Program-made: the position numbers and the translations under genes
Notes under the pieces: generated by a model
Database searches by the model: none
What the model saw: only the letters and a program-made list of their open reading frames with translations
What the model was told of the DNA's origin: nothing
Shown: piece after piece, positions 11,958 to 25,106 of the stretch
Numbering within the stretch: the stretch's first letter is position 1
Layout of the letters: the number at the start of each line of letters is the position of its first letter
Origin: Basidiobolus meristosporus CBS 931.73
Lineage: Eukaryota; Fungi; Basidiobolomycota
Length of the DNA: 64,000 bases
Reading direction: 5' to 3'
Assembly (NCBI GenBank): GCA_002104905.1
Contig: MCFE01000140.1
Coordinates: forward strand, 1-64,000

Positions 11958-12593
11958 ATGCTAGACCTAGCTCGTCGAATATCCGACATGGTCTCCACCT
12001 CTTCTTACTGCCTTATACCCAGCAGTAGTAGTTGTTCTGCGCAACATGTCTCCCAATTTCAAGCTGAATACCGAATGGAGGGGGACGAGGATTGGGAAGA
12101 GGATTTTGACCTTGACTGTGAGCTAAATATCCCCACCTCGCTTGTGGTTGTGCAGGATGCTTTGAATAGAGACCGTGTATGCATGCTTCAACTCGCGAAG
12201 AGAATGCAGGAGTTGAAAAACCTAGTTTTCAAGGCCCAAACTGCCCTCGACCCTTTGTTTAGCAGCCACTCGACAGCCCCCCTCACGAGAGATATTCAGC
12301 TGGCCAAACTACTACTTGAGCTGAGTGAGAATCCCTCTCACCTGTCGGAGCTACCTCTGATGGATACTCACCAAAAGCTCTTCTACTGTGACCTTGACAC
12401 CTGGAATGGGCTCGAGAATTGCTCAGCCCTGGAGCTGGAAGAAAAGCTTTCCAGCTATTCCACAGCCCCTGGTCCCGAACTGGTACCTGACGTGCACTGG
12501 ATTGATCTCTTGACCTTGAAAACGGAAATTCTCCAGTCTCGCTTGGAGAAGCAATTATCTGAGGCGCCGGGTGTCGATGTCGAGACCATCTAG
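11958..12593 (+). CDS. Hypothetical protein (211 aa) with an acidic DWEEDFD motif followed by a coiled coil
   Basis: Long ORF with normal codon usage; ATATAAATA at ~11867. ATG 11958 was chosen because the upstream in-frame part is pyrimidine-rich and UTR-like. Confidence 0.7.
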   Translation: MLDLARRISDMVSTSSYCLIPSSSSCSAQHVSQFQAEYRMEGDEDWEEDFDLDCELNIPTSLVVVQDALNRDRVCMLQLAKRMQELKNLVFKAQTALDPLFSSHSTAPLTRDIQLAKLLLELSENPSHLSELPLMDTHQKLFYCDLDTWNGLENCSALELEEKLSSYSTAPGPELVPDVHWIDLLTLKTEILQSRLEKQLSEAPGVDVETI

Positions 12594-12942
12594 AACTGCA
12601 TCAGTCAGCTCACACTAACCATACTTTACCCACGCCTGGTCGGGCATTTTGTAATTTATTACCTTTGGAAACTTGATTGTAGATACTTAACGCATATAGA
12701 CACCCCACCCCCACATAAAATTAAGCACTGTAACCCTGTACTTAACTCACTCGTATACCAACGCCAACCTGCAAGCTCAACTATACCTACGCATCACGTA
12801 TCAGAGCGGATCCATGGCTGATCTACCCTTCTCCCTTCCCTTAACCAATTCTGATGGTTATGTACAAGACTTTATTCAGCCATATATAGCATTATGAGTA
12901 ACAGCGGGAATTAAACATGATATTTAACATTATTTCACAAGA

Positions 12943-15900
12943 TTACATCCGAGGATTATTGACGTCCAACTCCCCCTCAAACATACTTACTTGGTCGTCG
13001 AGCACCACCGCGAGGTTGGATGCGATGTAGATGATCTTGCCATCGAGTCTGAACTCGAGACCATCAAGCACCCAGGAGTCCTTGAAGATGCCTACCTTCT
13101 CGAACCGGATTGCAAAGTGTCGGATCTGGCTCAACTCAAATACTCCGGCAACATCGATGAAGAACGAGTCGGTGTTCCCCTTGCCGAAAGACTTCCGAAG
13201 CAGTGTTTCCAGAGGATAGATTTGTGCGTAGTAGGACTCGGCCCGAAAATCCCCCAGCTGAAGGTTGACTCGTCCCCAGGTGCCAGCCCCATCAAAGCTG
13301 TACCACGGGGCAATGGAATTCTTGCCGGTGACGATGGTGATCTGCATCAATCGTAGGTACGTGGTGCTGATGCTAGGTGGCAGTAGCTCCTGCAAACTGT
13401 TGATGTAGTTGAGTATCGAGTGGCCTTTCCTTTCCGAAGCTTGATGGCAGTCGGGACATGATTGAATCCAAGGGTGAACAGGTTTATCGGCATGCTATGC
13501 ACCACGCTCAACTCCCCGTGGCAAACACCATCACTGGGATCCTGGAAGTGATAGCCTCGCATAACAGTCTGAAGGGTGATCCAGTATTGCCTGAACCCCG
13601 CATCGCCTACCGGTGGTGCTCCGTATGTCAGGCACTTGAGGAAGTTGCTGGATTGCGGTCCATACTGCTTGACCAGATGGTTGGTTAGGTCCACAGAACA
13701 CAAGATGGCCATAGCACCGCCTAGCGAATGGCCAGTGACGTAGATGGCCTCCATCCTCTCGGGGCCGCCCAGCTCTTTGATCAAGCCGTCGACCTTCTCG
13801 AAGATCTGGTCCTTTAGAGCGGTGTAGTAACGCAAAAAGCCTCGATGCACTCGTAGACTGCTGTAGGATCTCTCGGCATAGAAATCAGTGGTCAGCATAT
13901 CAGCATCGGCGAAAACGTCTTGCCAGGACATTGTTCCACGAAAGACCAATACGATGGAGTTGCAGTTGCTGGCGAAAAACCCAAACGAACTCTCTACCCC
14001 CACTCCGCCAGCCAGATACTCCCGCACCTTGAGCCCCATGTTGCCTAAGCGCTCTTCGATCTTTTCCCTGGGGTCGTAAGCAATCGAGGACAGGTTGGCA
14101 CAAAGCAGGGCGTTCTTCGAGAAATCCTTGTCGTAGCAAACCTCCGGGACATTGAGCGATCTCCTCCAGACACTCCCGTCGCACCCCAATCCCCAGACAT
14201 GGTTGCTATTGCCTGTGTGGACACTTCTTAGCTTCCCGTTCTCAAGAACGAACTTCTTGTTCCCTGTGTAGCGATAGATGTCCATATAAGGGTCAATCCC
14301 CCAGATTGTGCCGTCGCTGCCCACGCTGATGGACTTCAACTTGATGTGCGGGATCAGCTTCCAGCCGAATTGGAAGGTGTACTGGTACACTTGGTTGTAT
14401 ACAGTGGTAGCCCAGATATTCTCTGCATTCCCACTGCGATGGTTTGTAATTTCCCTTGGACATTTCCCCAGCTTCTATTCTTCTCCTGACCTTCTGCGGA
14501 ATTGTCCCAGGTCTCTTCCCCCTGCAGTTTCTTCCAGCCATTCTCCGCTCTTCTCCATAGAAAGCCATCCTTGTCCAGGCCCCATATCACCCCATCCGAG
14601 CCAACGTTGACGCATCTGAACCCATGCGATTCCCCGTCTTTAATCCATACGTTGTCCCGGAGCTGGCAGTACACATCACCCTCGGCATCCACGGCCCAGA
14701 CATTGTTCTTCATTCCGACGGAGATGCAGGTGAACTGACCGCTGATGGGCTTCCACCAACCACCACCTTCAACGCCCAAGCTCCACACGGACTGGTCTTG
14801 AGCTAGTCCCCAGACAGATCCATCACCACTTACACTCAGGTCTCGAAATCCGCCAGCCTGCGGGACAGGGATCTTTTCCCATCCTACATCGCTATTCCAA
14901 TAAGAGGCTTTTTCGGGCATGGGCAGCAGCCAGTTCTCCTCCCAAGGCTTGCATTCGTTGAGGTCTTCGATGTCTCTTGAGTAGATGGTATTAAAGGAAT
15001 CCACCCCGACCAGCCTGCACCCCTGCTGAGTCTCCACAAAGGTTACATGGGTCAGCAGCCGATCCGCAGAGAGATCGAGAGTGTTCCAGTTGAATGTTGA
15101 CATGGTTTTCAAGTGAATTTGTGTGATGCCTTCATCCGATTCCTGGATGTTGAACATCGTAGAACTGCCAAGTGCCAACTGGCTCAATTGGCCCATCGCT
15201 ATGTTGCCACGCATTACTTTCCTCGATTTCCTGCTGCCGAAATTTAGAGAGTACACCTCGCAGTCCGAATCGTAGACAAGCACCTCTTCTACTTGCGAGT
15301 AAGGTTGGAGATGAGTGTACATTCAACAGTGTGGAGGCTGCCAACTATTACCTGGCGATTGTTGATTCACGAACCCAGAAAACGTCTGGTTCGGAAATTC
15401 CTGAGCGAGGGTACTTCCTTTGGAGTTCGCGACGCTAAATCTCCACACTGTGCCACTTTCAGTGATGCCATAGAGAAACTCGCCCTCACCATGGATTACT
15501 CGGATTTGGTTAGAGAGGATGTGATTAATGTTGATTACCTTCCACTCGGCGGGGTCTTTCTCCTCCGAGAGCAGAGATATGGAGTAGATCTTTCCGTTAA
15601 CGCCTAAGGTGTACATGGTATCTTGGCTGATGGCAAGGCAACTCAAGATTGTAGGTGGCATTCTCGGCCATGATCTGTACCAAGCAGGCTCAGATTCGGA
15701 GCTAAAATCCATACTCCAGATCTCGTTGCGTTCGGTTAACATGATAAGACGTTGGTTCCAATGTATCAGCATAGGCAATTGTCTACGATGTATATTAGTC
15801 ATCGGTTGGTGCAGCAGGTCGGTCTATACTACTTACCGAGAATAAACAAAGTTGCGCTTTTGTTTCCGGCGAAACGGGAAATTCAGGCTGATTCGAATGT

Positions 15901-16507
15901 AAGTTTGGTTAGAAGTGCGACGCTACAGTTAACAGGACAACCAGACTCACCGTATTTTGCGCGGCTTGTTTACTTTCCAACGCCACCAGTTTCTCAGCAG
16001 CCGATTAATCAATCTTAGGCACTGGCGCTTGATTTCCGGTTTAATTTCGTCTAGTGAATCCACAACTGCTACTCCCTTCTCGGATATGTACTTGGTCTCT
16101 GCAACATACGGCCGCAGATATGATTCGACCCAGCGGCTTGCTTCGGATGAATTACCAACCGTAAGCTTGAGCTCTCTGTTGGGAAGCTTGACGAATATAA
16201 CGGATGGCTCGATCAGTTCGAAATTCAAAATACTGGAGCAATTGATTATTTTGGGCGCATGCAACATCTTGGGGCTTGAGCAGATAAACAGCGTCCGAGA
16301 GTCCGTATTGACTGCGTCGTAGAACTCGTAGATATCTTTCAGCTCACACTCCACTTTGCCGATACCATGGCGATTTAAAATTCCCTCGGTATCTTCGACG
16401 CTACTTGGTCTTTCATAAAGTATAAGATAGCATGACCTTTTGCCATCCTTTACCGTACCTTCACACAAGATCAACCGATTGTTTGAATCATGCACCGATG
16501 AAACCAT
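12943..16507 (-). CDS. ~1,129-aa multidomain protein: unknown N-terminus + six-bladed tectonin beta-propeller + class-3 lipase + PLAT/LH2; two 1-nt frameshifts in this sequence
   Basis: Exons 16507-15951, 15887-15837, 15782-15352 and 15291-12943 (GT-AG introns) total 3388 nt, or 3390 with 2 nt added. Six SVG-x-x-G-x-(V/I)W-type tectonin repeats. Lipase motifs VFRGT, VHRGF, GHSLGG and TYGAP. PLAT motif ITIVTG..AGT..F..G.TDSF..W.L. Confidence 0.85.
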
Positions 16508-17027
16508 GAAGATTTACTTGGAGGATTGAGAAGAAGCTATCTTCAAGGAGGACGAAGAAAGAAACTCGTTGATATAGGATACAGCGAATTGCCTGTGTGT
16601 GCAATGCGGTATTTATGGACAAGCATGCACCTCGGTTACACAAATAATATCACAAACCGGATTGTTAAATTAGAAGCTAAAAGTGGGCTTGTGTTCAATA
16701 AAATTAGACATTGTCGGGCTTTAAATTGATCCAGTCGCTCCGACATCATTCCTCCACCCAATTGAGTATCATGCTGAGGACTAAATGTAGCAGTATTTTC
16801 TGCAATGATATTGCTTCAACCCCTGATCAACTCTTACCTGATGGTCCTACTAACATCAGTTGATGTTAAATGTTCAACTTGCTTGTGTTGACTTTGTACT
16901 ATCCTGGCCTTATGACATCAGGAAATTGAGTCCATGAGCATACACTCACGTGACACGACCCGCATATATCCTCGTTTTTAATATAACCAGTATGGTGCTA
17001 CAAATAGTGGTTTCATTATAGTACACG

Positions 17028-20000
17028 ATGATCCGGCCACTGGAAAAAGAGACCATTAGAAAAATCAGCTCTGGACAGGTGATCGTTCATATTGACAACG
17101 TCGTGAAAGAACTCTGCGAGTAAGTCCTCGTTCTACGCTGGCCAATTTTGATTTGCACGAGTTCATTAACCACCATGACTGGTCTTATTTCCTGGATCAG
17201 AAATGCGCTGGACGCGGAGGCGAATTCAATTACCATTCGCCTGGTTGATGGCGGGTTAACTTCAATTTCGGTACATGCTGGCGGTGTATGATTTCATTAT
17301 TGTAAATCCTTCACCAAGCTAACGGACCGCGGCAAGGTCAAGGATAATGGCACCGGAATAGCCATTTCCGATCGTCCGAATATGACCAAACGGTACCATA
17401 CCTCGAAGATCACCAGCCTAAAGGATTTGAGCTCAGTGTCATCTTACGGCTTCCGAGGTCTACTCTCCATTCGCTACATTACTTACAGAAACTGGTACTA
17501 ATCTCATTCACAGGTGAGGCATTAAACTCCATATCTACAGCATGTCAACTACTGCAAATCACCACCCGGACGATTGATGATTACACTTCGTCCGTTTATG
17601 ATATTGACCAAACTGGTGAGATTATAAGGTCCGTTTGGCGTGTGTATTCTAGGCATACAATCTACTAAGTGTTTGACAAGCGTAAAATCCGCGGGAGGTG
17701 AATTGGGAACGACGATTTGTGCCTTCAACCTGTTCCAACCATTTCCAGTGAGAAGACAGGTACGTCTGATGGAATTGTCTCGCATTGAAACAAACAAGTG
17801 ATGCCCTTGAATAGGTTGCACAGAAAACAATCAGCCACGCCATTAAGCGCATCATGGATTGCTTAGTATCATATTCCTTGATTCACCCCAGTATCCGATT
17901 TTCGTTTAAAAACATAGATATCAAGAATTCCAAAAAGAAAAGCGCCGAGGCGAAAGAGTGGATCAAGATTGGAACCAAGAGTATTATGGATTCGATTAGC
18001 GCGATCTTCGGGAAGGTGCTTGTGAGCCAGCTTGAGTACAAAACGTATAGAACTTCTGAAATGCCCGGTGCCGTGAGCAGCATCTATTTGGAAGGGATTT
18101 TTCCCAAAGCAGATTCAAGTAACTTCGTTGTGTTTAATCTTCCGAGGTTTTACTGAGATTAAGCAACCCTCCCTAGACGCAGCCGTTGTATGCCGAGGAG
18201 AGAGATCATTTTTCTACATCAACAAAAGACCAGTGCTACCCAGCAAAGGGGACATTAAGCATATTTTGGGCAAAATTCGGGAGAAGTACAATCAAGCGAC
18301 CGGCCAAGCGCTGAGAGACACTACTTCTGGTCAGTTGTAGGACCATTCTCTGCGCCGATTATACGAAATGATTGTTGACGGTTGAGTCTAGGGCCAAAGA
18401 GAACTCCGTTTGTATTGCTTCATCTCGAACTGCCCTTGGGCAGCTTCGATGGTAACTATGGGTTGTTGTTTTTGAGATTCAGCACCAAGCTAACCATCGC
18501 ACAAAGTCAATGTAGAGCCCAACAAAAATGTCATCCTTCTGCATCAGTCAGAAACAATCTTTCATGCCATCGACAGATTTTTAGAAGAATTTTACTCTGA
18601 ATCGCACGCTTCTGTCCCGTCGGAAGTAGAGAGAAGACAGGAAATAGTAGAAAAGACACAACTCAATCCGGAGCCTGCTTCCAGGTAAGATAGCAGTATA
18701 TTGATTCATTATTCAACCTCACTTAGTCTCCTTTAGCTCCGATGTAAAGTCAGAATTAACAAAACCGACAGATAGCGCACATCTACAAAATGCTGAAGCA
18801 CAATATTCTACCACGGATAAGGATGGCTTAGAGAATATCAATCATAGACCACCCATAGTGACAAGATCGTATGAAAGCGATCCAAAACTTATTGCTGGTC
18901 CAGCAAAAGTAACTTGTCCTACGGAAAGACTTGAGTCTGCCCCCAAGAAAATATTAAACATCAATGGTAACCACTGCATCAGAGATGATAAATCACAGTA
19001 TTCATCCCAGAAGTTGATTTCCAAGGAGCATTGGAGTAAAGGGCATGTAAGCAGACCTGCTGTACTACTCAATTCCGATAGAAGCCAAGCCAATGCTACG
19101 ATATTGGATCCGATTCCTCATGCTCCTATCCTCTCAGGATCGAAGGCATCGTCCTGTGGTACAAACATCAAGTCTAAGACTCCTGGTGAAGTGACTCGAT
19201 CAACCTCTACCGATAAAGCTTTCAAGTCCATACCAAAGCCATCAAGTGCCCGGCTTATCGCAGCCCCCCTACCACCTAAGAAGAACTTAAATGGAGCCCC
19301 TGGGTTAAGTAAAGCTGAAGATCTTGCTGTCAACTTGGACAATCCCCAGTCTATGACTTCACACGATCTGAACCAAGTTTCTATAAACAATGTGCCAACT
19401 AATGGTAAACCGATGAACTTGGCAAAATCCCCAGGCCATAGTTGTAATCAAGAGCATAATAATCAACAACCGCGTCTTCAATGTGACACTATCAATGCAG
19501 AGACCTCTTTTACTGGCAAGCGGGAATCTGCAGTGACCCCGAAGTCGCAACCGAAACGATTCAAATTCAGTTCAACAGAAAACCCCGTTAATCCCACTCA
19601 ACTGCTGCACGAAGATTTACCGCCGAGCTCATGTCAACAGTCACACACATATCCACCCAAAATGGTGGATTCGCTATGTCACGAGCTTCAACAAACATTT
19701 AGTGAGCCCTCTGCCACAAGAGGATATCGCATAATGCGAAACCGATGGGAACGACTATTTGATCATCACGATCGTATAAAATATCAACAGCCATATCGAT
19801 ACATCGGAAATTTGGAGAAATTCTGGATTATTAAACATGAGAACAACCTGTTGGCAGTGGATTCGATCAGGTATATGGTTCATACTGTGTTGGCTATGCA
19901 CATATTCATATTGCTGACCATGTAAAAACAGGGCCCAGTACCCGATTATCTTCTCAACGCTAATGGAGGGCTATGAGTTCCCTCTTACTCCTCTCAAGAC

Positions 20001-20549
20001 ACCCATTCCAGTCTCACCCAAGTAAGCGTAGCTCCAAGTGTTGGTGTGAAATATTTCTCAATAGTTTTTAGTTCTATTGGAGGATTAGTCAACCTTGATT
20101 TTTTAAGTAGACTTGAGTCAACTGTGGATGGATACCGCCATAAGATACAAGACCGACGCTTGATAGCTAACGGATTTGAAATTTGCTTGGTTAAAGGTAA
20201 ACTACACGTGGAATATTGTAGACTTGATGGTAGTTAGTGTTCAACACAATTGACTATAGATCCGTCAGATAAGATTCCTCAGATAGAAATCGTCTCAATG
20301 ACCACGTTATTACCCTCACTCGATATCTCAGCACTATCGAGGCTAATTGCGCAGCTGATAGATCTCGAGCCCGAAAAAGACCTGAGTAAAACCCGTACCA
20401 AAGAGGTGGTGGACTTTTTCAAGAACGAGGCCAAGCACTTTGCAAATTACGATCTTCCTAGGGATCAGACCCAAGGGATGATAAATGAGGTATTTCGGAT
20501 GAATCACGAGCCTCGAAAAATATCCACTATCCTATGGTCATGGGCATGA
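17028..20549 (+). CDS. PMS1: MutL-family mismatch-repair protein, vertebrate PMS1-type, multi-exon
   Basis: GHKL motifs split over exons (KELCENALDA, VKDNGTGI, SYGFRGEAL), INKRPV, a long low-complexity linker (18.8-19.7 kb), and a C-terminal domain lacking DQHAxxExxxxE. Not every internal exon boundary was verified. Confidence 0.85.
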
Positions 20550-20773
20550 CCAATACCAACACCTTTGGATGGTTGCTCGAATTTACTCTTGTTGAGCAAT
20601 ATAAGCTGAATTATTGATTGATTGGGAAAATGTTTGTTCATTAGTAATTAAATGATTGCTTAGGACTGGTGAGATAGTTTCGACGAAGTAAAAATTGAAA
20701 AAAAAATCATATCAAGCCACCATATATCCCATTTTTTACCGCTTTCTACGGGACTTTCCAACACAAGCCGGTC

Positions 20774-22907
20774 ATGGTCAAGAAGAGTAAGTGCCAATAA
20801 ACAACCAAAGAGTGCTCACCAAGGTGCGTTTGACTAATGATGTATTACTTGTGACAGACGTTAGAGGAAAGAAAGCCGTTGGCCCACCACAGCCTAGTAA
20901 GTGAAGGACGAGCGACCTTTGGCACCGAGCTTGTCTGACCCTATCATCTTCCCTATAGAATTGAAGAAAGATCCGGGTCTCCCAAATCTTCGTACAGTCA
21001 AGCAAAAGCTGACCAACCAACTCGAGAGACATAAGAAAGACATCGAGGCTCAAAAGAATCGCCAACAGGAGGCCCGTCGCAGACTTTCCAACCAGAACCG
21101 CAGCTTAACTGCATTGGTCCGCAATGCTGAAAAGCGTGACGCCCAATTCAACGCTAGTCAAGGAAATGGTGCCGAAGAGAACTACGCACAAGTGGCAGAA
21201 GCTGCCCTTAGCTCCAAAGATAACTCTAGAAGAGCCTATTACAAAGAGTTCCGTAAGGTGATGGAGGCTGCTGATGTTATCCTTGAAGTTTTGGATGCAA
21301 GAGACCCTATTGGTTGCCGTACCAAGCAGATAGAAAGACTCATCATGGAGAGCGGCACAAACAAGCGAATCATCCTGATTTTGAACAAGATCGATCTCGT
21401 CCCCAGAGAGGTTGTTGAGCAATGGTTGAAGTTCCTTCGTAACGAGTACCCCACTGTGGCCTTTAAAGCATCCACTCAAAACCAGAGAAAGAACCTTGGA
21501 CAATCCAACATCTCAGTCGACACTGCATCCGAAGATCTCCTCAATACCAGCGAATGTTTAGGTAAGGCCCACCACGCCCTGGGGTTTTCGTGCAGGATGG
21601 CTAACCCATGAGTTGCTGATAGGTGCCGACAATCTTATCAAACTGTTGAAAAATTACTGCCGAAACTCCAACCTAAAGACCTCGATCACCGTGGGTGTCA
21701 TTGGATTCCCCAACGTTGGTAAGTCTTCGGTGATCAACTCTCTGCGCAGATCCAAGGTGTGTGGTGTTGGATCTACCCCTGGCTTCACCAAGGTTGCCCA
21801 AGAGATCCATCTTGACAAAAACATCAAGCTTCTCGATTGCCCTGGAATCGTGTTCAGTAAGGGCGATAACGGAGAGTCACTTAGCGAGGTGTTGCTTAGA
21901 AACTGTATCAAGGTTGAGCTTCTGGAGGATCCAGTCACCCCAGGTACTTTCCCACGTGCTTTCCGTCTATCGGGGCTCACGATCACTCACCGTGACTGTT
22001 TTAGTTGAATTCATCGTTGAGAAATGCAATCCCGAGCAGCTGATGAGCCTGTACAGCGTGGAGCCTTTTGCCAACGCCAACGACTTCCTGATCCAGTTGG
22101 CCAAACAGCGTGGTAAGCTGAAGAGAGGCGGTATCCCGGACATCGCATCCGCCGCCCGGTCAATCCTGAATGACTGGAATATTGGAAAGATTCCATTCTA
22201 CACGGTGCCACCTACAACTCGCCGAAATGAAGCGGATACTGCCATCGTTCAAGGATGGAGTAAGGAGTTCAGTCTGGACGAATTAGACGAAGATCAATCC
22301 ATCTTGGCCGGAGTGGCACCGATGGTGGAGTTCTCCGCCAAGCCAATTGTCATGGTAAGTGGTCTCAACCTCGCCTGATCACACGAATTCAGATTAACCC
22401 GTCTTCGATGTTTGTAGACCGCTGAGGAACAGGACAACATAGACGAAGCCATGAAGTATGTTCGATCGCAGCAAAGACCATGCAATACGTTGTGACTAAC
22501 TGTTTCTTTAGTAGCGACTCGGATGAGATGGAGGAAGATGATCTCTCTCACATGGACATGAAGCCACAAATCCAGATCAACCCCAAGGTAAGGCCCGCAG
22601 TTTGTTCTTTTTTCCCCTGAACGTTCCACTGATTCCCGTCACGCAACAGATAAAGAACAAGCCTATCGTCCGTACCAGCAAGGTCCAGGATCTTATCACT
22701 GAGGCCGAGGCCGAGCTGAATCCACAGATGAATAAGAGCCTCAAGAAACAAATGAAACAGCAACGGAAGAAGGCCCAAAAGGCCGTCGCCAGATCTGGCG
22801 AGGATATGGAGATGGAGATGGAGGATGGTGCACCACCGCCGGCCTTCGATTTCGGCTCCTACGCTGGAGGTCTGCCTGGGGATGATGAAGACGAAGAGGA
22901 ACTCTGA
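20774..22907 (+). CDS. NUG1: Nuclear circularly permuted GTPase Nug1/GNL3 (60S biogenesis), multi-exon
   Basis: [22 protein letters not shown]4 NKID preceding G1 [10 protein letters not shown]3 [23 protein letters not shown]; acidic C-terminus. Confidence 0.95.
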
Positions 22908-23130
22908 TCCAAGCGCATCACTAGAATTTTTATACTATATACTACACGTCAATTCAAGGAAATCTAATTTATTCTGGAATATATGGTTCTGGGCTTCTTT
23001 GCAACCTACACGTTGTTTCTCTATCCCTGTCATGATGTATGTACAAAGAACCCGGCGGACAAGCAAGATGTATGTTGAATGTCACCCTTCTTTCCCTTCC
23101 CTCTCTTCCGCACTTCAATTAAACCAGAGC

Positions 23131-24776
<1,646 letters not shown>

Positions 24777-24961
24777 CTGGTTTCCTTCCCGACCGTTGGT
24801 CCTTGGTGTATCTCGTTCGAGCCACCCGTCCGCTCCGATCCGGTGTTCGCTCCCCCCCCCCTCCGCTCCCTCGTCGAGAATTTTTTTCATCTTTTTTCCT
24901 GGCCGGGTTAGTGGGAATCCCAACCGCGGATTGGATTTACCGAGGTGGGAAAGGGTGAAAG

Positions 24962-24988
24962 TAGGGATCAGGGTTAGGGTTAGGGTTA
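24962..24988 (+). promoter_or_regulatory. Telomere-like (TTAGGG)n tract with four G3 runs upstream of QTRT1
   Basis: Sequence tagggatcagggttagggttagggtta, about 190 bp upstream of the QTRT1 ATG. The regulatory role is inferred. Confidence 0.5.
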
Positions 24989-25106
24989 AATGATCACCAG
25001 GATCCATTTATTGGGTAAACATACATGTATTATTGTTACGCGTTGAAGTCAATCGACTGGTTGACCTCGACACCTCTATCGGTATATACAAAACAACACC
25101 GTGGGA

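Noticed and set aside
13420-14435. Programmed -1 ribosomal frameshifting in the tectonin-lipase gene
   Set aside because: Neither site has an in-frame X XXY YYZ slippery heptamer (G GGA ATG; A GGA AAG), and two recoding events would be needed. Indel error or mutation is simpler.
16946-16953. TCACGTGA E-box in the divergent promoter between the lipase fusion and PMS1
   Set aside because: A single 8-mer is expected by chance about once in a window this size; there is no other support.
24962-24988. TTAGGG tract as a telomere or chromosome-fusion scar
   Set aside because: Only about 3-4 units, lying between two genes, with no subtelomeric or head-to-head arrangement.
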